Assembly (NCBI RefSeq): GCF_022539665.2
Contig: NC_081333.1
Span: forward strand, 1,240,001-1,304,000
Source of the DNA: Daphnia carinata
Lineage: Eukaryota
Length of the DNA stretch: 64,000 bases
Reading direction: 5' to 3'
The translations under genes and the position numbers were made by a program. The notes under the pieces were generated by a model. The model saw only the letters and a program-made list of their open reading frames with translations. It did not search any database and had not been told where the DNA came from. This document shows, one piece after another, positions 12,325-24,968 of the stretch (positions are counted from its first letter, which is position 1; every line of letters starts with the position of its first letter).

Positions 12325-13510
12325 CTAGGCTTGTGTTAAAATCTGGTTTCTTGTACGAGATTCTTTCACTTCCATTTGGCTGAGAAATTTTTCTGTCCTT
12401 TCTATGTTTTCGTTTGTTGGCTGTCGTTTCCCATCAAACGAATTATTCCGGGCTTTCTATTGTCAAAATGTAACTCGTTACTCATGAATCTCGAATAGTT
12501 TTGCTTATCTGCTAATACCTCCAGGACAGGTAAGTTTTTTTGGTAGTGTAGAATGCTTTTACAAAGATCCCAAATAGTAAATTCTGGCCATAAAACTGGA
12601 GTAAAGTAGAGGGTGCTGCAAGATGTTTGCCAAAGTAGAAAATCACTTAATCTCACTTCTCCGGAAGTTCTTATAAGGAGATCAGGTTGGGGGGAATGTC
12701 GGGTGTATAAACATTTTTGGATTAAGTCTTCATCAATGTCATCAATTTTCAAAAGATCTTTATGTACACCCCATGCCACTTCAGTCACAGCATGTGTCAT
12801 TTCTTCTCTGGCTAGAAAACAAAGCATTCAGATAAACCAAGGATTGGGCTCAATGATATAATCATTGAAGCAGTATACAAAAACTACTTTAGATAGTTTA
12901 GTATATCTTACATGTGTACGAAAAAGCTATGTTTAAAACAGCTTCAGTGTTGGATTTAGTTGATTCCATTGATTCAACAACTAGCTTTTGTAAATCTGCA
13001 GGAAGTAAGCCAATGTTACCAATTACTCTAATACTGATGCCATGCTCATTCAGTTTATCTCTGTTATACAGAAACAGTTAGTCAAAATTATGAAATAAAA
13101 TTTTTTACCTCCATTACTTTTCTTCCAAAAGTCTTTTGAACTTTTCTCTTGCCAGTGACATTAGTTGATCCACCTCTTCCTCAGAGCGTCTAAAATTTTC
13201 AATACTGAAAGCATAAACAGTAACTTCATTCACCCCAAGTAGCAGACACCACTGTAAAACTTCCGCCAACTTATCAAACCTACAGAATTGTTTTAAAAAA
13301 TGGTCAGAAAAAGAAAGAATCATCCAATCTCCATGAAAAGCTTACTTACCCTTTTGAATGCCCCTCAATTTTTTTTACCCCACTTTTATTGGCAAATCTT
13401 CTATTGCCATCCATGATGAAGGCAACATGTTTCGGTATAGACCCACATTTCAGCACATTTACAGCTAGTGTTTCATACCATTTCAATTTTGATTCCTGGA
13501 TCCACGACAT
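12325..13510 (-). CDS. DHDDS: Dehydrodolichyl diphosphate synthase catalytic subunit (cis-prenyltransferase)
   Basis: MSWIQE...[66 protein letters not shown]. Stop at 12325-12327 after the final intron. Confidence 0.96.
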
Positions 13511-14029
13511 TTTCTAAATAACCAATAGTATAATATTAACATAGCACTCTAAATTTAGACTGAGCCATATTTACAATCTTCTTTTAGTTTTACACTTTTA
13601 CAACTAAATGAACCATAACTATTTGCTAATCTAAGTTGACAGAATAAAATGATACTAACATCCAACCTACAATTGGTAAATTTCAGGTTATCCTATGTGT
13701 AATACAGGCTTTCGATTTTGAAACTAAATACATATTTAAATTACTTCTTACCTGTGAATGAAAATAACACGAATCAGATGACGATGACGTTTAACATTAC
13801 ACCAAAAGACCTCTCATTACACGATCGACATATATAATCGGGGTCCCCGCTCCACCCGCCTGAGTCTTGGTTGAAGTTTTGTTATTAGGCAACGTCGTAG
13901 CACGTTTGGATGATTGGTTCTTGTTCTTGGAGTATTAAAAGGAAGAGTACACGTGTTTTTTTACATTGCTTTGAAATTTAAAACATTGTACATCATTGAC
14001 AGTTGACATCAAGTTAATACGATTTTACT

Positions 14030-16264
14030 ATGTTTGCGAAAAATGGAGCCGAGAGGGATCAAGGGGCCCCACCGGAGAAACGAGCACGTTTATCTGAAGA
14101 AGAATTCAAGGCTCTGAAAGCAAGGCTGAAAGCAAGAAAACAAGTTTTGCAAGTATTTAGCGGCTAGATTATTTCCTTTCAAGGTCGCAAGATAAATTTT
14201 CTCCTTCTGAATTTAGACCTATCCACGGTTCAAACTTTTGATGGCAGGTGTCCCTGCAAGCTTGGCATCACCAAAAGATTCACGTGCTCCTCTTTCAATT
14301 AAAGATGTGCAAGATCTTATTCTTTGTTCAGTTACTGGGGAAGCTCGCCATTTGAATAGGTAAAAAACTATTTTTGCGAAAATGTTATTTTGGATTCATA
14401 ATTTCTGTATTTTTGTTTATTGGATAAGGTGGTTCTTACTGTTCCAAACACAGCGGATATCGCAAACAACCATATTAGTTGTTGACAATATTTCGGTCAC
14501 TGACTTGGAAGAGAATCAAGAACATTTTTCTAAAACTCTTGAAATTTTTGAAGATGGAGTGGAAATGTTCAACCCTAAGAATGATGGAATTGACCTGAGT
14601 GCAGCATTGGCTTACTCCCCTATCACCAATGCTTTAAAGGGTAGAATGCGAAAAGGTGAATGAATTGCTTCATTCTTCTGTCCATACCAGCCCTATTTAT
14701 TCAATTTTTACATTCCAGTCTATCAATCACTGAAGGAAGCCCTTGATGATGGTACAAATTAAATATGAATTTTAAATGATGGAAAATAATCTTCATATAT
14801 TATTACAGGCCACGTTTACAGTGTCTTGGATTTCACGGAGCAAAATTGCCAAGGAATCGAAAAGTCAACAAGCAGTGGTGAAAAGCAAAAAGTAAATTTA
14901 ACTGAGAATAACAAGGGCTGTACTAAAACCCAGTTAATGTTGAGTGCCCTGCAACTGATCACTGGTCACTACCCATTCCCGGGACATGGCCGGCCCCAAG
15001 AATTTCGTTTTACGAAGGACAAATATGAGCCAGTTACGGACAATTCGCCCATGTTTGCGATCGATTGCGAGTGGTGCCTGTGCGTTGATGGTATTGCAAA
15101 TTACGTCCCAAACCATATTACGTAACATTATGAATGATTGAACTTTGCTAGGCAGCATTGGTTTGGCACGTGTTGCCATTGCCAACGAAAAATTGCAGCC
15201 CGTTTACCATGCCTACGTTTTACCTGATAAACCAGTCAAGGATTATTCAACAAAATGGTCAGGAATTACACCGAGTCTTCTGAGGGGCGTCCAAAAAACA
15301 TTGTGTCATATCCAGGAGGATATAAGTAAGCTTTTACCGCCCGATGCTATCCTGGTTGGTCACAGCCTTCGCGGAGATTTGATAGCATTACAAGTAAGAA
15401 GGAAAAAAATTGCAAAGACTATAAAAGCGCCGTGGCTAATTTTAAATGTGTTTCTTCCTTTATAGCTGTTTCATCCTTACATTATCGATTCATCCGTTAT
15501 ATTCAACATGACGGGCTGTCGATTTATGAAATCCAAACTGCAGTTCTTGTCTAAATTGTTTTGCAACCGTGATATTCAGTTGTCGAATAAGGGTCACGAC
15601 CCGAACGAGGACGCGCTTTCTACAATGGAGCTGGTGTTACTAAAGCTGAAAAATGGGCTGGATTATGGAGATCGTTTGCGTAATTCAATGGGTTGTTGGA
15701 ATGGCCCTTCAAGAGAAAAGATTCTGGGAGTGATATCAAGCGCTATAGTAAGCATCATTGTTTCTAAAAGCAAAAATTGTTTCTTTATTATACCTTCATT
15801 TCTCGAAGTTCGGTGGTAGAGGTGGTCGGTCGGATGAAAATTTGGATCTTCAAGATGTTCTTCTAATGAAATTCTTCACATTTATACAAAATGTCGACAA
15901 GAGTGCCATACTGATCACGCATCCGGCACACGACAAAATCTATCGACCCAAAACACCCTTACATCCAGGATTATTCAATTGTAGAGCAGATCCGGTAAAG
16001 ATTGTCCAACAGCCAGAAATGGAAAAAATTGCAACGACATTGGATTCGGAGTCCAAGAAAGATTTGGTGTTTGTTCACACTGCAGTTGCTAAAGAAGAGG
16101 AAAATAAGGGACACTTGAAAAAACTTGACCAGCTCATTGCAGATTTGCATGAAAGAATGCCCATGCGTGGTGTGATGATTGTCGTTTTCGGTGGTGCAGA
16201 AAATTCCTTAGAAAACGGCTTGTGTATGATAAATGTTAAAAAACCTCCGAAAGATCAGCTTTGA
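14030..16264 (+). CDS. REXO5/NEF-sp/Rex1-like DEDDh 3'-5' RNA exonuclease, copy A
   Basis: ExoI FAIDCEWC, YSTKWSGIT, ExoII LVGHSLRGDL, HPYIIDSSVIF, ExoIII GHDPNEDA, C-terminal NGLCMI. Splices to an open frame from ATG 14030. Confidence 0.88.
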
Positions 16265-16507
16265 CCTAAATTTGTCCGCCACCAATAAAATTTATTTCAT
16301 TTCAAGAATATTTTGCCGAATGCTCGAAAGCTGAACCTTGTTGAAATATGAATACTTTCTTTTGGTTTAGCAAGATGCAATGCATAAATGTTGACGATGC
16401 AACAGAAGCTCTTAAACATTAGCAGATTTTCCATACAGAGTACAGTATATAGGTACTATATACGAACGTTGGTGATGGACATACATTATTGTTTTCAAGT
16501 TACCTCG

Positions 16508-19500
16508 TTAAATCCGCTGGATTTCGAATAATTTTACTGCTGTATCGTACCAAATAGGAGGGTCGACGTTCCTGGTAAATAACGATATTTAAGTGCAATC
16601 CTTCATGGGATATGAATTTGTTCAATTTTCTAACCGTAAATAGATGATACCCCACATGTAGGTACGGAACCACATTGAAGTCCCACTATTTGCTTGATAT
16701 TTTCGAATCAAGATTGGATGGGGCACAGGTAAAAGTCCGACTAGCGTACCATGCTGAAGAAATTTGAGAATTTCGCTCTCATCCGTAAGACCCCTACAAA
16801 CAATAAGCGTTATCCAATAGTTTCAACAGAAAGTTCATCTTATGATAGTACTTACTTGTCAATACAGATCTTTTCCACTTGGGGCACTAACACCTGAAGC
16901 AGGCGCATAATAGTTTGAAGGGGCAATTTCTGCTTCCAGCTCAGTACCCAGTCAGGATTTGGCACCCATTGCAAGCCAACCTGCATAGGGAAAACAAGTT
17001 GGCAAATGAATCGAAACACCTACCATTAACAAATGACTTAACGTACCTGTGACGCAGAGCTGGGAGGATGGGGAACGTGATGTGAACTCTCGGAATACGA
17101 CGATTTGTTTGAATTTGTTGGAGAAATCGGTTGCTTCAAAAATAACAAAATTAATCATAACATTAAACTCATATGATTAAATTAACAAAAAAAGAAAGAA
17201 AATAACTTCAAGCAACAACATTCCTTATCTACGAACAAAGTGTGTCCTTATCTGCTATTGCTTATAGATAACACATGTTCCTTTCTTTTTCTACTTTCGC
17301 TTGTCCGACAACGAGGGGAGTGCCATCCGTTATACCCTATTCAGTCTTCGGGTAAGGTAGTCTGACTTGATTTGTTCGTTACATAGATTCTTTTTAAAAG
17401 AGTTAGTAACCTGTAGGTTCTGTACGAGAAATCCACCGAGCACGTGACATAGGTAACAAATAACTTTTCTCGTACTCCACATTTAGTGTAAAAAACTAAG
17501 ATAGAATTTCTTACTGGAGAAACTAAACTTGTCTGGTTTGTTACGCATACCTCAACTGCAACCATTTGCAGGATTTCATTTTTTTTTCTATTGTGATTTA
17601 CACCACGCTAGCCTTCCTTAAAAGAAGGAGAGGGAAAAAGGAACGTCCCTACCAAATTTGTTTTCATGTGGACTGGTACAAATTACCTTGATATCCAGTA
17701 CATCTTGTATGACGGGTTCATTATGGAAAGCGCTCTGGTCGACGAATTCCTTTTCTATGTCATCTGAGTTACTGTCTTCATCGACATTCTCACTATGGGC
17801 ATGGGCTGTGGCGCGATCTTCTATTTCATGACTGACGGTTATATTTTCCAAAGCACCGTTAGCTGCTACGGCAGCGCCAGTCAATTGACTGAGCTGGTGT
17901 AACGAAGGATGTGCCGTTTCTTGCTCTGTGATTTTCTCAATCCCTGACCAATGACGTTTTCGTTATTTAAATGAAAGATCAACATATTGAAACTATATTT
18001 AAGTACCAGGCATAATGGCGAGTGAGCAAGTGTGTGTTCCCGGTTGGGCTGGCAACGCTGGGTGCGAACCCTGTAAACAAACAACAGATAAATGTTGAAT
18101 TCCATTAACGATAAATATGACCAAGTCCCAACTTACCTCCATACTCGGGGCATCCTTAACAGACTCGACAGACGGTTGACGTCCAAGCTGTTTACGGCCA
18201 CGTCGCGACAGTGAGCGATTAATCGTACCGCAGTCAGTCGGCAAACTGGCCAGTGCGTGAAATACATGTCTTTTTCGGATGATAGTATAGACTAAATTTG
18301 CGTTCCCTAAAACAATTAAACAAAGATTGAGTATGCGATCAATAAGAGAACGTTGTGCACTAACCATCAAACTGGTACTGTATGATGTTGTTGAATATCT
18401 CAAGAAGGAAGAACACCAAATGGTGATTGTTCGGGGCTGAAAACAAAAACCACGGTGTGCTGAAAGCCTCCAGCAAATGAAGAAGTTTGGTGCTTGCTAC
18501 CATAGATAGCGTCTTCAGATAGGGCGATACTGTGAAAGAAAAAATTTAGAAACGTTAACACTCATAATTTTGGATATTAAACAGGAAACAGAGATGCGGA
18601 TTAGATGGATCACTGCTGTTCTGTTGCTGGCATTACTGGCTACCTGTTCAGTTGATGCTCAAAAGCGTCGCAAAGGTGAAAAGAGAAAAGAATCTGAGGC
18701 GACGACAGCTGCACCAGCGCCCGAAGCTAGAGGTGGAAGACAACGTGGAGGTCGTCACACGACCACCACTACTACAACTACGCCGTCTACCACTACTTTA
18801 GCTTTGCCTGAGGAAGAGATAGAGGAAGAAGTCCAGATAACCAACGAATCTCGGACGCCCGTAAATGTTTGTCCACCCGAATTGAAGCCTCAAGAGGGAA
18901 AGGTTCTACCATGCACCTGCCGTGATGAATTGGACGAAAATACTCTGATGGTAGAATGCGTCGCTCTCACAAGTGGGCAGCAAATGCATAAGATTTTCAA
19001 CGTAATTCTTTTGACAGCATTTTGTGATTTTTTTACGACCCAGCATTCAGAAATTGCTTTTTTATAACAGACTTTGCTTCTCGGTAAGCGGATTGACGGA
19101 CTAGAAGTACGCAACTCGACTATTGGACCCCTGGTGGCTCGCCAAACTGCCCAAGCTTATGTTGGAAACATCCTGATGAGAGGCAATCAAATTACCGAAC
19201 TTGTCCCTGGTACCTTCCAAGGAACTGATCAAATTGTCGGCCGTCTAGACCTCAGTTCCAATCAGCTTTCTAGAGTCAATTTTTCCATGTTTGACTCGTT
19301 CACTCAACTCCAGGTGCCAGAAACACTTTATAAAGATTTCGAGATTTGGCTTCTGACCTTCGTTCGCAAATTAGGTCCTGAACTTGGGTGAAAATCAATT
19401 GACAAACATCGAAGATGCTGGTCAAGCACCCTCCCTAAGGGTACTTTATCTCTATTCCAACAGGATCGACACAATCGCTCCTAACGCTTTCCGGAAGCTT

Positions 19501-22089
19501 GGGGGTCTTGAATATCTGGATCTTCGCTGGAATAACTTGCAAGTTTTGGCTCCAGGCGCTTTACATGTCACTTCTTATCGTTGGCAGTTACGTTTGCGCG
19601 CCAATCAGCTAAGCTCACTGGAAAAGGCATTTGCGGAAGGTTCGAGAATATTTCATTCAAATGTTAATGAATAATCTATCTTTACTTAATCAGATCCTCT
19701 GTATATCTCGCAGATAAGATGCCGTATCTTGTTGACCTAAGCCTAAACAATATCGGTTCCCTAACTGACCGCGTCTACGGACCACTGATCGACTCGGCAA
19801 TACTCGAAGGATCCAAATTTTACGTTGCGGGCAATCCGATTATCTGTGATTGCAGTCTTTCTTGGTTAATTAAAAATGCAAGACTACTATCCATTGTAGT
19901 GGGAGCGAGATGCGATGGTGACGGGACACACATCGCTGATCTTAACCAGGATGATTTCCGCAAATGCCCTGCTCCACGGCCGTGGAAATCCCCCGTAGAT
20001 AAAGCCCTGGAAGATTTGGGTAAAGAAATTGATGCGCTGTAAAGCTCACCATTAACAAGAATTGTCAGAAGACAATCGAACAACGGCTGAAGACGTTGAT
20101 GTCCCGTAGTAATGATCTTGTGGAATACAACCACCAGCAAATCAGCATGCGTTCCTGCATTTATTCAAACACATCAAACTTCATTGAACTGATATTCTGT
20201 ACACGCCAGGCATTATTGTTACCGGTGAACACTGGAATGTCCATGGGCACGGTCGCTGTATAGGGTTTATTCAGCCGAACCCCAAAATTACGCTCACCAC
20301 TCAGCAAAAGCAGGATGAAAACTCCTATGTGCATCAATCCAACTCGCGCTAACGAGAAGCAAGATTTGAATTAACTTTTTTCCATAGCTGTTGAGATTCA
20401 TAACTAAAACTTACACTGATCAGCACGAGAATCATTCAGATGAAACAGTATAGGAACTAAAACATCTAGTACATCGCTCGACTTCAGGACATAATACAGG
20501 AATTTCTGCAGCAGAATTATAAAGAAAATTTTAAAAAATGTAATAACAGAAACATCATCACTGGAGCAGTGGGTCTGTGTTGATTACCTTATTAAAATCG
20601 CAGACTTTCCAGAAGAAGACGAGCAGTTCTTGATGATTTTGGACTTTTTTATTGGAATTAGGCAGATATGTTTGAATCAGCGGATTTTTAAGAAGACGGG
20701 TGAATCCATGCAGCATGAAGGCAAAATCCTCTTCGCGATGAATACGCGATAAGTAATTGATGAACAAATTTTCGTGAATCATTCCACTTTGCTGTTAAAG
20801 TAGGTTCGAATGAGTCATGGTTAAGCGCTAGAAGAGCGTGAAGCGAAAAGGTTTTACCTCGTCAATCGCATTCAACTGGGAACACTGAGATGATGAGTCC
20901 CAATCAAGCGTAACTATTAGAAGTTGTAGAGCTGTTTCCACCAAAGGTTCACGGCTATCGGTGAACAGTAGATGATTGTATGGTAAACCAAGTCCAACAG
21001 GGTCATATGCACACAGGACATTCAAAAGTGATGTAAATAAGGGTAGTGCATGGCGGTTCTCCGGTGATGTGAAGTGTTGAACCCATTTGTTGGGAGCTTC
21101 ACTTTCGCCTAAGATATAGTCCTAAAATGTAACTAGAGGTGTTTGTGAATGAGAAAAGCTTTCTTACTGCCAGGTGGATGATACATAGCTTGACTGAAAC
21201 AAGTCAATAAAAGCTTCAAAATTTCATTTCTGTTGTTATCAAGGCGTGGATCATGTGGAGCAGCATGAGCAAACCCAACACCAGCTTCCCAAATAAATTC
21301 ACAGCTATCTATGGAATGGAGATCTTCATGCTTGTCCTGAACATAAAACACATATAACAACAAACATTGGCATAGCTACACATGGAAGAAGCAAAAAACA
21401 AAAAGCTGAAAAAATTCCAGATTAAGGGGACTTACTGGTCCAAATTTTTTACTGGAATAGACTGTGAAGTCTGGACAGAACAGAAGATCACAAAGGGCAT
21501 TTAGAAGAGATTGGGCTAGGGGAACAGATTCTTCCACTTGACCCTCTGGATTTTCACTGTCATTTTTATACTGTTGCTTAGAGCTGCTTGGCAAACTTGA
21601 CCAGAAGAAGCTTCTCCAATCTGGGTCCTCAAAAATGTATGGGAGAAGCCTTGTAAGTATCCGGACACAGTTTATAACTTCAGATAAAAAGGTTTAGTAA
21701 AACAGACACAAGTTTGGAACATATCTTTACATGATTTTTTTACCTGTGCAGTGTTCTTGTTGGGTAGCACAAGATGAATCTGCAGCATGTACAAGTCTTT
21801 CAACTGCTTTGTAACATAATGTGGCTAAATTTGATGGGCATTCTTCCCTTAAAACACGTATTTCTGTGGCAGGAATTAGAGCAAACACATCTTGGATGTT
21901 TGTGATGCTCTCTGACCAAAACTGGGACCAAAATGCTTCATCGGAAGGATCGATTGGCTGTGTTTCAAAGAATGGTCACCAGAACTTAGAAAAATGTTTC
22001 ATCATTTGTTTAACCAACTCTACCTGGGTTTTGGTTGTAAGTTGAACTACAGCTTTCCTGAAATTTAGTTTAGTATCGGCATTACCCAT
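16508..22089 (-). CDS. HID1: HID1 (Golgi/dense-core vesicle protein), many exons
   Basis: MGNADTKLNFRKAV N-terminus, SLLNALCDLLFCPDFTV, SIDSCEFIWEAGVGF, YDPVGLGLPYNHLLF, LSGERNFGVRLNKPY, WKQKLPLQTIMRLLQVLVPQVEK, PPIWYDTAVKLFEIQRI*. Confidence 0.96.
18594..20042 (+). CDS. Secreted leucine-rich-repeat protein nested antisense in a HID1 intron, 4 coding exons
   Basis: Signal peptide MRIRWITAVLLLALLATCSVDA, basic, Thr-rich and acidic linker, LRRNT (CPPE...LPCTC), LRRs (LDLSSNQL, LNLGENQL, LYLYSNRI, LDLRWNNL), LRRCT (GNPIICDCSLSWL). No TM segment. Exons 18594-19001, 19071-19313, 19375-19639, 19714-20042. Confidence 0.9.
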
Positions 22090-22417
22090 GGCAAACAGTA
22101 AAAAATATCTTTATTTAGTTATAGCAGTCAAATTTATATTTCAGTTGAATAGCACGAGGAAAAAATCCAACAGCTGACTATCCAGCGCTATTGTGACAAA
22201 TCAATAGATGTGTCATTATGGTGTGTGTCTCGTGAAAAACTACCTAGATCTGCAGCGTGTTGTTAGAATTTACCGATAGGTACAGAGATGACGAGATGGG
22301 ACACTACCGTTGTCATCTTGTTCATCGCCATCTGTGGGCCAGCAGTGTACTATATATTGCAATTCGATTTTTAATTCGCAAAAATATAAAAGCAGAAATT
22401 CGCAGTACCCCAATTGC

Positions 22418-24968
22418 CTAAATTGAGTGTTTATTAACGCGTACAAGACATGCTCCGTTCTGTGTCGGATTAGTTTTCCCACCAAAAATTACAATCATCA
22501 TCCCATTCAAAGAAATACCAGTATACATATTTGCAATGGCTTTGTCGATTTCTTTCAGCTTCTCTTTACGATTGTGCTGTTCTCCTGTTCCTGCGTACGT
22601 ATGAACAAGGGTAAAACTGCTATTGAATCGCGAGGCTCTCGTCCTTGTCACCGCATCCTGGAAATCACTAGCCAATACAATCTGAACAGGGTCTACCAAG
22701 GCTTCATCTGCTTTTTTGCGTTTAACCACGGCCTTGTTTAGTGTAAGTAATCTAGGGTGGTATGATTTTTGCAGAGACAGTGACGTGGTAATCAATGTTG
22801 CACTCCTATTATGACTCTGGATGAACGTAAATAGCTTCATTTGAATATCGTGGTCCAACGCGGAATCCTTGATTTTTTGCATAGCATTCCTCGACAGAAT
22901 CGCATCTCCAAACTCAGTACCCATCTTAATTTTTAACAATACAAGTTCCATTGCAGCAATAGCATCTTCAGTCGGATCATGGCCATCCATAGAATTCTGA
23001 ATTTGACGGCCACAAAAGGAGGCTGCCAACACTTTAAGCTTGCTTTTGAAGCTACGCGTGCCAGTCATATTGAAAATCACGGACGTATCGATGATGTACG
23101 GATGAAACAACTGTGAATAAAGTTTAGTTCAATGTACGTTTAACTAGATAAGTTAAACGGCTTTTTAAGCCGAAGAAAAAGAAACCGCACCTTTAATGCT
23201 TTCAAATCAGACTGAAGAGATTGACCAACGAGAATCGCGTCAGAGGGCAATAGATTTCGCAGATCCTGCTGGACATCGCATGGTCTCTTCTCCACGTCTC
23301 TCAGCAATTCTTCTGTTATTCCCGAATATCTGGTAAGGTAATCCGCAATTTCCACATCCGGTTTAACGTAAGTATGATAAAGCGTTTTTAGATTTTCGTC
23401 GACGACGGCTACACGAGCTAAACCATAGGACCCTGGATAATCAATAAATTGAAATGTCTAAAGTTACAACTACCCGAGGGGAAACGTAATGGCAGAGTAT
23501 CATACGTACCGTCAACACAAATGCACCACTCGCAATCTATCGAAAACATAGGTGAACGATCAGTCACGGGATCGTATTTATCTTGAGTGAACTTAAAATT
23601 TTCATATTCCTCATATCCAGGAAGAGGATATAGTTCAGATATAAGCTGAGAGGCATTTAACAAAAGTGCAAGTCGACTACATCCACTTGTTTCTTCTTGT
23701 GTCGAAACATCGGATTTCGAATCTTCGATTGAAGATGCTATTTTTCCAACATGCACCTCATCTTTGTTCATTGGGTCTACCTCAGTGGATTGCCTTCTTT
23801 GTTCACTATTCCTAGCCGCATCGATAGTTTTTGTTTCAACAATGGTGGATATGTCGCTGCTTTCTTGACTGAATATTTCTGTATCTGCTGCGCTATTCGT
23901 CTTAGAAGATACGCAACAACGAGTTCATTAGAAATTCGCATTTTGTATCTTCGAGTTGTCTTACCTTCCTGGATAAAACTTCGTTGTTCTTCACACCATG
24001 GCATTCTGTAGTTGTATTAGCATTAAGTGTCTGAACAGTGGGATCGGTAACCCCGTGAATGTATCCGTCCTCACAAGCGGCATGTAATGAAGGATATCCT
24101 AATGTTATAAATTTCAATTTATAGTTACTGCACTTTTCATAATAAAAAAAAAAAAATTGCAAGCCAACTATTTTTACCTTCCATAACCCTATTCTTCATT
24201 TCATGACTAATGGGTACATAAGCCAATGCAAGATCAAGACTAAAGCCATCACTTACTGGATTGCTCATTTCCACTCCATCTTCAAATATTTTGAAGGTCT
24301 CTGCAAAAATGTCAGTGTTTCCTTCATACTCATCAACTGATACATCTTCAATAATAAATATTAGCGTTTGTGTTAAATTATTCCATCTTGCAAGGTCACA
24401 CCATCTAATTAAAAAAAATAATAATAAATACATATTTTGGAACAATTTCTAAAATACTTGTTACATACGAAACAATGTTTGTTTACTTACTTGTATGAAT
24501 CATAATTATATGTATCACCAACAACAGTATACAGAAATAGAGATTGCACATCAGTCACTAAAACAGGAGTACGGGAGGCTTTGGGCAGATTTAAACTGGC
24601 TGTGAGGCCTAGTTGAATTAGTCTAAATCTTGGACCACACTATAAGGTGTGTTTAACAAAGTTTTGAGCAAAATAGACAATTCAGATGTACCTGTATCTG
24701 CCTCTTTTTTTCTCTGAGTTTTATTCTAAGTGTGTGGTATTCTTCATCACTGAGTCTAGGCTGCTTCTGCACAGGCTCCACTAACTGTTCATCTTCTTTA
24801 ATACAGGGCACTTTCTACAAAGAATATTAGAAATGAATTCTAAAAGAATCCGTTAACATAAAGGACGAAAAAGACCTCTTGTTCTTCGTCGACTTTAAAA
24901 ATTGCTGAAATTTTGGCTTTTCTTCGCTCAATCCTGGCGGCCCTCTTTTTTGAAATTCCTTCACTCAT
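22418..24968 (-). CDS. REXO5/NEF-sp/Rex1-like DEDDh 3'-5' RNA exonuclease, copy B
   Basis: MSEGISKKRAARIERRKAK start, FSIDCEWC, YLTRYSGIT, LVGQSLQSDL, HPYIIDTSVIFN, GHDPTEDA, QNGACLV. Spliced frame is open. Confidence 0.9.

Noticed and set aside
23902..23965. Apparent premature stop in REXO5-like copy B
   Set aside because: It lies within a canonical GTAAGA...TAAG intron; the spliced frame is open.
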